The notes under the pieces: generated by a model
The model's input: the letters and a program-made list of their open reading frames with translations, nothing else
Database searches by the model: none
Told to the model about the DNA's origin: nothing
Made by a program: the position numbers and the translations under genes
Part shown: positions 27,850 through 40,480 of the stretch, piece after piece
How the letters are laid out: each line of letters starts with the position of its first letter
How positions within the stretch are numbered: position 1 is the first letter of the stretch
NCBI GenBank assembly: GCA_050273025.1
Contig: CP158636.1
Location: forward strand, 12,772,001 to 12,836,000
Reading direction: 5' to 3'
Length of the DNA stretch: 64,000 nt
Origin: Cenococcum geophilum
Lineage: Eukaryota

Positions 27850-30800
27850 TATATTCTCTAAATTAAATCTTTATATAAGTCTACTAGAAGCAGTTGCTAT
27901 TATTTAAATATATTACCGCTTTCTTAAGAGAGTATTATATACAGATAACCTCTTCCACTTGCCGTGGTTAGCCCTACTAAAGGGAGTATCTAGACCTTAA
28001 GCGGCTATTAGGTTCTCTATTAAGAAAGGTAACCTACTAATATTATAAGGCTTAGCGTTACCTTCCTTTAGAGATATTATAAATTTCCTAAAAGTATCTA
28101 GGTTAACTTATTTCCGGAAGTTCCCGTCTTTATCTATAAAGGAAGTATTATTAAATGTTCCGGGAATCGGCTAATTATTTATTAAAAACCCGGTAGAGTT
28201 ATTCGCTAATTTACTTAATAGGGCTTCGAAGGCTGGATTACTGCGTGTTATTAAGTATAGAATATATCCGGTAACTATATACTTCCCATTATATCTCTTT
28301 AAAAGAAAGTCTAATTTAAAATAAAATAGAGATGCAATTATATAGCGTGCTATAGTATCGATCCGGGCCGATAGGGAGTAATCTATTTTAACTTTTAATT
28401 TAAGTTTAGGTATACTTCTTGTATTATTAAGTCTCGGTTTAGTGGCATTAAAGTCGGTACTAAGGCGGTAAATTTTATTAAGAATTTGGACCGCCAGTCT
28501 AACAGTTTTATAGGCTTATCTTACTATTTTATCGCGTATTTTCTCCAAGATTAGATTACATGTTCTAGGGAATATTCCGTTTTTCTAAATACTATGGCAG
28601 TCATCTATAGATACCTTGTAATTTTTTGGCCCTAGCTTATTAGTACCTAGAGATATAACAAAGTTAGGTTCTTTAATAAGCGGAAATATTACTAATACCT
28701 CTAAAAGCGCCTAAAGTAGGGGGTTATTCTTAAGGAGTTCTATATCTTAAAATGTGCCAACCTTATTAATATATTTTGGCGGAAAGAAACTGTAAGGTAT
28801 AGTTAGTTTTAGGTATAAAAGAGGTAAGCTAAAGTATACCTGGGCGCTGTAGATGTGGATTATATGCTAAATTTTATATTAGTCTTATCTAATGGTAAGG
28901 TTTGTCCAATCTTATATTTCCTAAAGCGGTACTCTTCTATAGCCATCCTTTGGCCTTATAACGGCGTTGTCTTTAGGTTTGTTAGACGACTCTTATACTA
29001 AGTTATATATAGGGAGCTTACCTTAATCTTCGTCCCGTATGCCTACCCTATTATAGTTAGTGAATATACAATATAATAGATAACTGCTGACTATAGCGAC
29101 TGGCAAGCCGATCTTTATCCCTATAAATGTTGCATAAAAGTAGTCTAGAATGCTTTTATCTATACTAAAGACTTCTTTTAGGACGGACTTAATATTTTAG
29201 GCTAAGTATAAACCGTTAGTAAAATACGACACTATTAACTTAAATGTACGGGAAATAAATGGGATATTAAAAGCCTTTTGCCGTTTAAAGACACGTTCTG
29301 CGATTTCTAGGAACATCTAGATGGACTCTTTAAGGGGCCGTCCCTTAATGTAATGATCTATGGCGATTACCGCTCCTTAAGTTATAAGTATTAATTTCTT
29401 TTCTTTAAAGTATATAGAGCTCTTACCTATACTGACCCTAAAAGCAACTTTAATAAACCGCTAAAAGGGAATTAGTAGATTAACACGATCTTGTATTTAT
29501 TTTATTAGTATTAATAGTATAATACCCTATGTGCCTCCTCTATTAATATATAAGACTCCTACTCCTATAGTCGGAGGGTATACTTTTATAATTATATTGT
29601 TCGGCATCTCTTCTCTATAGAGAAAGTAGTGGCGCACTTTAAAGATTTAGGGGTCGTCCTTGCAGCGATCCCTAAATACTATAATTCAATTCTTGCAAAT
29701 ACAGTGCCCACAGGGTAAGTAATACTATGGTCTTTTGCGCAAACAAGATAAATATATATTGCTACTCTATATATAGCGCCATCTATCTCGGAATCGTATA
29801 AGGTTGCTCTTATAAATTTCTATAGCAGTTATATTATTATAAGTAAATTGCTAAAAGCAGTAGACGAATTAGTTTTCGACCATATTAATAAAGCCACTTT
29901 ATAGAATGACATGGTTAGACTGCTTAAAGGCTATAACTCGAGCCTTACTTACCTAGTAGAAGACGTCCTTGTAAATTATATTAAATATAGTTTTAAGTTT
30001 AAACGCTATATTAAAGTTAGCATGACTTAATTTTCTAGCGGGGTAATACTTACTATGTGCTTTAGGCGGGTAGCTATCTAGAAAAAAACTAGAAGCAGTT
30101 ATTAGAACTATAAACTCCGTTAGCTTATTAGTTAACTTAATATATTTTAGGAAATTTAATAGATGTTCTACTAGGTTAGAAGCAACGGGGTTATAGATCC
30201 TTAACGCTCTAATAAAATCGAAGGGTTTATTAATAGTTTCTAAAAAGTGCCTATAGGCGTACTTGAGAAAGGCGGCGAAATAAGTTATAGAGAATAAAGT
30301 TTGTCTATCTTCTCTACTCTTTCGCACTTAATCTAAACTATCCATTAGACGCTCTTTTAGGCGTCTATAGTAAGTATCGACAGATATTATGCCGTTTGGG
30401 AAAAGAGCGACTATATTAATTGCTGATATTAGCTTAGACAGATCCTTTATTGTTTCCTCTCCTAACAACTATAGAAAGGCCTCTTTAGCCTCACTTTCTG
30501 CTCCCAGAGGTATCTTCTTAGTTATAATTACTACCCTTAGGTACGTACTCTTTAGAAGGGTTAATAAGTGGCCTTTCTCTAACTACGTAGTAATGTGGCG
30601 GGCAATCTGTCTAAAAAAACTAAGATTAGTATAAAAGAAGTAGAAGATATCTGCAAAAGGAAAAAGTAGGTAGGTGTAGATGCTATTTGTGATTTTATTT
30701 AGAGAAAGGCTAGATGGCCCAGCTCGGGTTCTTTAAATAGTTTACCGTATTGTTTTATAGTACTTATTAGCTATAACTATCTTTCCCCTAAGACTTTGTT

Positions 30801-31692
30801 TAGGAAGATCGCTATTTATAAGAAGTACCGGTCTGCTGTAAAAAATGCTAGATAGGTTAAGGTGGAGATGTATCTCGCCTATGCTTCGCTTATTTATAAA
30901 CTTTCGCGCCCTCTTTACCCTAAATAGCTCTTAGAGGGTGACTAATTTCGCTAAATTACCGATTAGTACAAATAGACTAGGTTGTATATTGGGATTAGGA
31001 ATATAATTAGTAAGAGTCTAGAGCCTGTCCGATTCTAAAAGAGTAATTTTATTGCCTTAGGTGCAGAGACTTAGCTAGTAGGTATAGTGACAACGCTTTA
31101 TAATTAAGAGAGTAGACCGGCTGTTTTAAGTATATTAATGGAGTTATAATAGGAAGACGTAGCTAGATATACAGCCCTTAGGATCTATGCGTAATAAATA
31201 TTGTTCTAATAAGGCCTAAAAACGGGCTTCTATAAAGTTAGAAGTAGCAATTTCGGGTCCTTTATTTTTAGTAGCGGGGGACCAAGACAGGGCTCTCTTA
31301 AGGGTACCTAAAACTGGTCCCTACAGTTCCTTTACTAGTTAATGCGTGTTTTAATAGCTAATGAAAATGGTGTAAGAACCTATAATTTCTTTACTTTATA
31401 TATAGAGCTCTATATTTAAAATGGATCGTAAGTATAATTCTACCTAACCTAATTATAAAATTAAGTAAGTTACCTAGCTAATATAAAGGGTCTAAATAAC
31501 CTTTAACTAGGTCCACCTTATTTATTTAAAAATGACTAATACTAAACGTACCTAGCGATAAACTTAGCGACTTGGAATGTTCTAAGATTAGAAATTCGAC
31601 TATTCCGCGATGCTCTCTTTGTAATAGACGTCGATCACGGAGATACTAGAAAGGTTATACTATAGCACCTAGCCAAAATGTAGAAGAGCATA
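27850..31692 (-). pseudogene. Patatin-like phospholipase (PLP) with upstream RING-like finger, multi-intron pseudogene
   Basis: RING-like SCLRKRP(Q)YYLPCGHCICKN at ~29690-29755; GVGVL(C)I(DG)GGT.GI (DGGG motif) at ~29520-29570; AF(G)VSIG (GxSxG) at ~29425-29445; TSTAP then FPPKYINKVGTF(Q)D..LL.NNP at ~28720-28860; includes ORF 29953-30327. Confidence 0.9.
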
Positions 31693-31815
31693 TTTGCTTA
31701 AGACCCGATTGTAGAAAAATTAAAAGTATAATAAAAGTAACGGGGTTTTATTGCCCTAAGTCCGTTATATAGATTTATTACTATTACTACGCTAGTGCGA
31801 GCTTAGAAGTTACTT

Positions 31816-33500
31816 ACGCATTAGCTTATATAGTTAAGCTCCCTAAAGAGAGATCCTTAGACAATAGAGTTAAAATGCCTAGAGATTTCCTATATCCGTA
31901 CTTATAGGAGTACGGCATGGGGCGACTCTCTCCTATAAGAGAAGAATTACCTCTTTTAGTTACTACTTCTACTAAACCTACTCTCCATATTTAGTGTTTA
32001 TTAGATAGATAAGTAGCTTATATATTACCTCCGCGTCTTTAGCCTAGAAGTGCCTTTAATAATAGTCTTTATATAAACTTAGTATAGGTGTTTTATTAGG
32101 GCAGCCATAATACTATTCCATTGGCTCTTTAAACCCCTTAACGTTTAGGCAATGCCATAGATTAATGGTGTTATCCCCGCATTTCTTAATAGATTAGAGA
32201 ATTAAGCAATTGATACAATTTATTTTAATAGAGAAAGACTATTTAAACCATCTTTGGGCATTCTATTAGCTTTAATAGTAATTGAAATAAGAGTATTAGT
32301 CTCTTAAAAGAAGCGGTTCGCTAGGTAGAAAAGTTTAAGATATTTACTAACGTTCTTAACAATAAGATGTTTAGGGGATGGCTGGTATAACTTGGAGGAG
32401 ATATATATAGGTTACGAACTTAATAGGTATAACCCTACTATCTACACCTAGATCTACGGGTATTGCACTAAAAAGATCTATTAACTCTCCTTTAGATATA
32501 ATTACTTGGTAGCTAACTCCATTAAGAGGAAAGAACTTCGCTATGCGAAGAGTAGCATCGGTTCCGGTAAACCCATTCTAATTAAATACTCTAGTGATTA
32601 TAAGGTCACTGGCAGAATTAGGGATATTTAGGCCTATAAGGAGCGGCTCTAGGAGCTTGTTAGCTTAAAAAGTTATTAGGTGGGCTAGGGGGGTAGGGGG
32701 GTGTCCTTTAGTACCTCCTAGTAATAGAAATTGGGGTTAGAATTGGGGTTAGGCGCTAACGCAGTCAACAAATAGCGGAAGGAATAATTCCACTACTGGG
32801 CTATTAGCTCTTTAACCAGCATCTATAATAATATTCGGAAGTCTATTAGTAGAGCAATTGTACTAATCTTAGGACCCTAGAATAATTGGAGCTATTAGAG
32901 CGACAAATAACGGAAGGAGCTGTATTTTGGATAGCGATTAATCTAGAGAGCAAGATATAGGATAGGCCGACAGCCTCTTTATAGATAGGATAACCCCTTA
33001 AACTTCTATATAAGGTTAGACGGGACTAGAACTAGTCCCTTATTATAATAAAAATAGTTTACCCTAGCTATAAGGGCTAATTCTCGCTACTATTTTTAGA
33101 TATAAGTTAATAAGAAAATTTCTAACAGCTGCCGGCTTTTTAAATTACTAAATCCTAGAGTAGAGTAGTATATTTAATAATTATAAACGGAAATAAGATA
33201 TACGTAAGGAGAGTAATATACTAAGGGAAACGACTGCAGAATTATAAAAACTATCCCTTTAAACGGTGATGTCTATCTCTAAGTTGGTCCGTATAGGAAT
33301 ACTAGAATTTCTAAGTATAAACGATTTGATTTAGTTAATTTAATTGGCCAGTTTTTATTAATAATAAATAGACGCAAATTACGTGCGAAGGGATAATTGC
33401 TATCTATTAGTTGTACTATTTGCTATATCTATAATTACCTACTTTAGCCCTTAAAATTATCTAGAACCTACTAGCTAAGACGCTACTGGTTAAAAGAGGA
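31816..33500 (+). pseudogene. Hypothetical gene remnant divergent from the PLP gene
   Basis: Frame MPRDFLYPYL(Q)EYGMGRL...TIFGHSISFNSN...LLKEAVR; many stops are TAA/TAG as expected from RIP; no domain recognised. Confidence 0.45.
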
Positions 33501-36394
33501 TTAGTAGTATATACGGTGCGGGATTAGAAGTTGGAAATAGTAGTAATTTAGGGGTTCTGCTACGGGAGTAGGTTTAACGGCTCCCCTTAGATAGGACCGG
33601 CAATAATATTAAGGTTAGAGTAGGTTATATAGTACTTATTTTTCCTATTAGGCAGTCCCAGAGCGCCGGATTTTATTAGCCATTGCTATACCTAGTATAC
33701 TATATACGTAGAATTGGGTTGCAGATCCGTAGGGATAATAAGATTAGTCTTATATTACTATTCGTTAATAGATCCGGGCTAACTAAGAGTTAGGTTAGGA
33801 AACTTCTTCTAATATACTATAGAGAGGTCGCTATTATTAATTTAATAGCATTTGTTATTATTAAAGTTCTAAGTAGTTAAGAGTTTTCCTCTCTGGTCAC
33901 CGCCAGCGCCGTCTACTATCCACTATAGTACGTCCGTTAATACTTTACTGCTACTTAGCTAGGTTGTTCTAAAAACGTAAACTATTCTAGCCGCTATTAG
34001 TTTACCTAGCTAGTTTTACGGTAGAGTAATATGTCTATTTTTAAGATACTTTATAGCTATATAAGCCCCTAACGAGACCTAAAGTTATAGAAAATTCACT
34101 ATTTAATTAGCTATCCTCTGTATTAGAGTATATAGAAGATTTAAGCTATCTACCCTTATTCTTCCTAAGGCTAATGGCGGTAATAGATAAGTTATTATAT
34201 TATTATTAAAGCTGGGATTAGTTTAAGAGACATATCTATAAGGGTAACTATTAGCCCCTATAAAGATCCTATTTTTAATAACCGTAAGTTGTTTATTCTA
34301 AGTATGGGTAAGACCTTAGTGGTATAGAAAAGCTATTAAAAGGAAGCGAAATATATATGTTAGTAATATAGCGAAATGCTATAAGATAAAGGATAGAATA
34401 AATTAATGTTTAGGTTCTTATAAGGTTATAGTGCATATAGAGTAGATCTACTGCCATCTAAGCATAACTTATTTATATTGGGTTATATTTAGGGTCTAAT
34501 TTTAGCCCTTTAACGGGACCGCTTTTGGGGAAAATCGCGGATATGCTAGTGATCCGTTAAATCTAAAGTAGCCCTCTATCTAAGCACTACACCGTAAAAG
34601 ATATCCTTCGTCCTAATATAGCGGTACGTTGTTCTAAAATCTCTCCCCAAGTCCTCTTAGAAATAAACGTCGCTTATAGCTCTACCCGCGTTATCCTATT
34701 CTGCCTTTTACCACCTTCGTCTTATAAAATAAGCGATTCCACTATATTATTGTAAATTGTTCTCTTCTCTTAATCCCTCTTAACTTAGACCTATTATCCG
34801 TCTCTACCTTATATTCTGCTGTATAAAATCGCCTAGACGTTAGAGGTTACTATACTATAGGCCCCACGTTGCTAAAACCTAAGACACTCTCTAGCTATTT
34901 CCGATTTTAAATAGGCGCTGTAATAGGTTAGATAGGATCATCTAGGTATTTTTAAATTGCTATATTATATTAATATACTTTTAACCTTGTTAACCTAGCT
35001 CTAGAGGCGTTCCTTAAGTGATTTTATAACACCTTTAACGTCCCCTTTAAGTTTTAGTATTAACTCTATCTATGGCCTTTAGAGCCAAATTAACTAGCCC
35101 TTAAGTTATTCCCTATTTATCTTTATATTAACTATATCTATGCCCTTTATAACCTCTAATACCTTAGTACCCTAAGGGGTTATTATATAGGAAGTCTGTT
35201 AAGGTGCTTAATATGCTAATTATGCCGTATAATAAGGGTTTAGTTTAGTTTTAACGTTTTAAGATTATATAGGTAGAATGAGATTAACTAAGGCAGGTAG
35301 AGCGCTTATAAACCGTCTGATGTGGAGCTTTTAGCGCGGTATATAAGGGTTTAAATACTTAGGTAAATGGTGCTATGTTAGCTTACGACTCGAAAATGAC
35401 GTTGTTGTTATTATTAATAATAGTAATAGTGGAGTTAGGTAGTGGTTATTTTATTACGTATACTGCAAAGTTCCCTATAGCGGAACACGAGAGGTGCTGC
35501 CTACTTAATGTAACTATATTCTCTTACCTACAAACCTAAGTCGTAATAGATACTTTTATGTTTTATTATACGCTAATTTCTAACTTATCTTATAACTCTA
35601 ATTATATACTTCCTTACTCCCCTCTAATCTATTAAGCCTAAGGCTACACCCTTACTATTGCCTCCTTTATTTAACCCCTAATAACCACGGTCCTAATATA
35701 GAAGACGCCGAAGGAAACCCGCTTATACTTTTCTCCTCTTTAGTATAGTTAAATTAAACAATAGCAGTTTTAGAAAGATTAGTGCGTCTTTTACAACTAA
35801 TCTTTTAGGTAGATTTGTTTCCGATATCTACCGTTCTTTAGATATTAATTCCCTAGATATAATCGCTTCCTTAACCTTTTTTAATCTCTTCTTCCTAGCT
35901 ATACTTATAGGCCTTAAATACTTTCCTAACCTAATTCTCTCTATATCTATAGGTAGCTCGTTTATAGACTTAGGATGCGCTAGCTACTTACTAAACGTTA
36001 GAAGTGAAAATACCTATAACTTAGCTACCTACTTATAACTTACTCCTTAGACGGCTACTATAACTCTAGATCTATTAATATGTATATATAGATCTCTTTT
36101 TTTTTACGGTTCTGGATAATTAATGCTAAATTAATATTTTCTAGCTTTCTATACTGGTAGTATTTACTTTTTAGGCTATCTAACCGTCTCTTTAGTTGCT
36201 TATTATAAAGTTTAACTAACTGCTTCTGCTTTATTATAGTGTATACTATAAAGTATACGAATGTTCCTAATCCTCCAGTCTTAGATCGCCGGCCGTATAT
36301 TAGCGAAAATTCTATTTCTAAAAAAAGCTTAAGGCTCTTAGCCGGTGATCTTGTTAGATTAGCGTGGCGTAGATTTAAGGTAAAATCCACTCCA

Positions 36395-36397
<3 letters not shown>

Positions 36398-36430
<33 letters not shown>

Positions 36431-38519
36431 GTCCGTTGTATTATACTACGTACAATACTGCGCATGCAGCCTCTAGGCTATGGCGCTATAGTTCTATATA
36501 CATAAATCCTTTCTAGGCAGCTTAATATATACTAGTAGCTATGTCCTAGTAGTTTATAAACCCCTAAATTAGGAGTTTATAGTTTCCTAGTAAAATACTA
36601 AGATACTACAACTACTAGGGAATGAGAAAATGGTAAGAAAAACTATAAGAAATCCTAACCCCTGTCCCTGTCCTTTTGCAATTTATTTCTGTCCTTTTGC
36701 TCTCTAATATCATTTTAAGAGCCTAGTAGGAGTTGCCTCCTTCTAGAATCCTATCTGTTTTTATTCTTCCATAGAATCTTCTTCGCGTACTAGTTTAGCA
36801 GCTTTAAGAGTCTCGCAGTCTTTACTATTAGCAAAGTGTTTTTCTTTACAATTAATGCAAAGAGGGGTAGTATGCTGGCAAGGCTTGCCTGTTATTATAC
36901 AGGTAGAACAGGAATGGTCTTTAGATAAATGTGCAGCCGCACAGTATCTACAGGCCCTAGTAGAGCACCTGTCTCCTATATGGCCAAATTTTTGGCAGCT
37001 CGTACACTGCGTAGTAGGAGAGACTTCGAGGTATTTTACTACCTTAGTAGCTGTACCTGCAATTGATATCTCTTTTTGCTTAAGGATTTCTTGTCTTTTT
37101 TCTTCGTTTTCTATAGTAAAAACTATAGAGCCGAATCTGGTCTGTGGATCGTGTCTTTTTACACTAGATAAGATCCATCTAGGTAGTCCTTGTATCCTTA
37201 TAGGATTAAAGGTCTCAATTTCTTCTTTTAGAAGCTTAGAGCCTCCTTCTCCTAGGAAAGGTAGGGTAGGAACCCCATGGGCTATAATTTGAACCCATGG
37301 TTCTAGTTTTTGTTCTCTTTAAAAAGTAAAGCAATTATGCCAGATTTCCTTGTATTTAACTAGGAAATCCGCATTATACTCTTCCGTAGTTGTAAGAAGA
37401 ATATTTTGTTTTCCTTTAGTTCTAGCTATGGATGCTAAAACAGGTTTTTCTACTTGCAGTTTTAATGTAAATAGTTGATTGACTTTGTTTCGTATAGAGA
37501 AGGTATCTAGAGGTTGGTCCTTTTGGTCTGTAATAAGGACTAGCTTCCTTTCTTGTAGCTGCTTTTTCTTACTTCTAGTAGAAGTAGAAGGGGCAGGAGA
37601 TAGTGTTGGTAAGGAGGGCAGGGGGGACGAGGAAGGGAGGTTCTTCTTTAGTCTCTCTGCGTAGGTTTCCTTAGTAGGAGCTACCTCCTTACGGAGAGCT
37701 CTTACTTCTTCGACTAATCCTTGTAGGATATCTTTTGCCTTTTCTTTTCCTTTTATAAAGGGATTTTCTCCTGCTAGAATACTCCGTGTATAGTCCTCTA
37801 GCTGTTTAACTTGTTCTTTTTCTTCTTCTTTTTCTTCTTCTTCTAGCCCTTTATAGGCCTGTATTAGGCTTTCTAGGGCCTTTTGTAGGTGTTGTTTAGG
37901 AGAAAGGGGAGGGAAAGATATACTAGGTATACCAGCCGTAAAAGTCATTAATTTTGTTGTCTTTTTTGCAGGTTTTTGGTTTTCTTTTTCAGTAGAAGAC
38001 TGAGGATGTCCTCTTTTTTCTCCTGTCCCAAATAGGCCAGGAGAAGGAGAAGGGGCAGAAAAAGTGAATGTAGTCGTAGACTCATTATCACTTATTTCTA
38101 TAGGAGGTTTTTTTTTATGCCTATTAGACTTTGGCATCTTATAGGGGGGTTTCCTAGTTTTTTTTTTTTCTACCCTTATACCTTTCTCCTTACTAATCCT
38201 ACTAGAAGATTTCTGGGGAGATTAGGCTAAAAGGGAGTAGAAAGACTAGCCCCTATTGGTATTGGTATTGGTGGTAGTAGTAGTGGTTTTGGTGTTCCTG
38301 TCCGTGCCTCGCTTATAAGCTAGGACCACCCCTAGAGAAAATTTTCTGTTGGGATAAGGGGGTAAAATGACAAATAAATCCACCTCTAGCTCGCTAGGCG
38401 GTAGGAATTAGGTCTTGAAAGTTGGAAAATCAATTGTTTTTGATGGTAAGATGGGTATGCGTAAGTTTTAGAGTGTGGCGCTACCTTTTGGTAAGGTTGC
38501 ATGTGCGGTGAAGGTTTTT
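36398..38519 (-). mobile_element. Non-autonomous LINE-derived retroposon encoding only ORF1 (gag-like)
   Basis: PolyA tail (T-run ~36397-36428); 13-bp TSD ATCCACTCCATCT at 36385-36397 and 38520-38532; single gag ORF; no EN/RT. Confidence 0.93.
36761..38137 (-). pseudogene. LINE ORF1/gag protein (~458 codons), one internal TAA at 37319-37321
   Basis: ORF 37319-38137 continues in frame past the stop: PWVQIIAHGVPT...GSIVFT...QCTSCQKFGHIGDRC..ACRYCAAAHLSKDHSC..CINCKEKHFANSKDC. Confidence 0.92.
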
Positions 38520-38899
38520 ATCCACTCCATCTACTAAGCGCCGTAGCGCTCCAGTTTTGATATATACTATTTATAGCAAGTCTTAGCATATTTTAGGTAT
38601 TAAAAGAAAAAAAAATAGATATAATTTTAGACTTGTTAAACTTGTATTTAATTAAAGTATACTATAGAAGAATGGGATAGGCCTATATATAATACGTATA
38701 TAGGTAGTAACCACGTAAGCTTATGCCCCTTACTGCCCTAACTACTTCCCCCTATGCACGTACCCGTTACTACTTAAGGACTTCTATTTTAGGTATAGTA
38801 TTAGCGCTTTAAAAGCGCCAAAGCTCCTAAATCTACTTGACGCCACTAATAAAAGTACTTAATCTACTACTAGAACAAGTTGGCTCCATCTAGCACACC

Positions 38900-40480
38900 A
38901 AATTGCCGCCAATTTAATAATATTACTACTCTTAGCAAAGGACCCATTTCCATTATCCTGCCTTTTTAAAGTGTAACTAATGTTAGTATATTCTAAGCTG
39001 AAGTCGGTTAAATATAAAGCACGGATAGTAAGCGTACGCCGCGCTTATGGGCTTTAAAAATCACCGTTCTTACTCACTATAGATATCACACAATGGTATT
39101 TAGTGGGCTTAGGCCTTATAGCTTTATTTATCACCGCTTCTCCGCTATTAAAAACTATTAAATTCGCCCGCATCTACGCAACATTTTATTTTTATAAGTA
39201 CGTATTTTATCTATAGATCTATTGATATTTAAGAGGTTTTGGAAAGACAACGCTATTTAACGCGGTTTTAATTCTGGCATTCTTAGTAGTAAACGTTCTT
39301 TGCATTACCGTCTGAGTTAAAGATATTTCTAGGCTAATAAGACGCTCTGGACTAATGTCTATAATTAATCTTACGCCACTGTTATTAGGGGCCCAGATAA
39401 ATTTTATTGCTAGCCGCTATAGAATTAGGCTTAGTACCTACGCCTAGATACACCGATGGTTAGGAAGAGTGGTTATAGTTAAAGGCCTTATTTATACGGC
39501 GGTAGCTATATCTTTGCGGAAGCCTAACCTACGTATATATTTAGATGTGGCGGCGCTAATAGTAAGCTAGATTTAGTTCTAGGAAGCAAATATAAGCTAA
39601 TAGAGCTCTTTAGGCTGCTATTACTATGGCTATTATGCTACTCTCTTCTGTCGCTAGTATACGTTAATACGCCTATAAAATCTTCTTAAAGCTCCACCTA
39701 ATACTTGGCGCTATAGTTATAGCTACAATATATCTTTATAGTCTATCTAAAGAGTTATTAACGCCGCTAGCGGTATATTTATTTGTAGCAATATGCCTTT
39801 AGATATTTATAGCTGTCCTGCGATTTGGTTAAGTACTATACCGCAACGTTAAGTATAGAAAGCCGCTGAATTAAGTAAGAATATGATAAATAGCTATTAA
39901 GACACCTTATAGGAGAGAGATACCCGTTCCGGATGCAGTTTATATATATATCTAACTATTAAGGCCTTAAAAGCCTTAAGCTGGCCAGTATATATACCTC
40001 TACATTTTAGGAGTAAGCTATACCTTATTTGCGCAGTTATATCCCTTTTACGTATCCTAGTAGTATCGCGATGCCGAGGGCAATAATATTATAGTTTTAA
40101 TCATCTAGAAAAGGAGTGGATTTACTAGGAGCCTATTCTTATACGCTAATAATAATCTTATCTATAATTCTAAAATAAGAGCTGTAATTAAGGGACCGTA
40201 TAGAAATAAACTTAACCTCAAATTATACGGGATGGTCTTATTATTTGCTATAGGGATTAGAATAGCAGGTTAGCTTCTAAAGGGATACTATAATTACAAA
40301 GTAAAAACCTAAAGGATCGCTTTATTTTGGGAATTAGACTCTAAACGTAAGCTCTCTTACACTTCTATAGGAATGACTTGCTAATAACCTCTCTAAAGTG
40401 CACGCGGCTTAGGTTACTAACATAATAGTAAAGCTGCTTAGTAGAGACATTAATAAGGTTTATTTACTTCTAGATATAAT
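38900..40480 (+). pseudogene. Ferric-reductase-like (FRE/NOX family) transmembrane protein pseudogene
   Basis: LANKTLWTNVYNNLTPL-type TM start; (H)RWLGRVVIV(E)GLI(H) at ~39450-39497; AY(E)IFLKLHLIL at ~39670-39705; (G)QYI / (H)TLF FAD-site-like region ~39980-40030; intron pattern. Confidence 0.85.

Larger units (their letters stand above)
35670..38590 (-). pseudogene. Hypothetical gene split by the ORF1-only retroposon
   Basis: Removing the insertion and one TSD copy restores one frame: ISKLERYGA(QQ)MEWILP(Q)IYATLI(Q)QDHRLRA...IDIERIRLGKYLRP. Confidence 0.6.

Noticed and set aside
35640..36050. piggyBac transposase fragment on the plus strand
   Set aside because: No DDD motifs or TTAA/TIR; better explained as antisense of the minus-strand gene
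36058..36390. 110-aa minus-strand ORF from the track
   Set aside because: A different frame is the one that continues across the TSD and into downstream sequence; likely an off-frame shadow
36855..37664. Plus-strand ORFs of 145 and 61 aa
   Set aside because: Antisense to the gag ORF1
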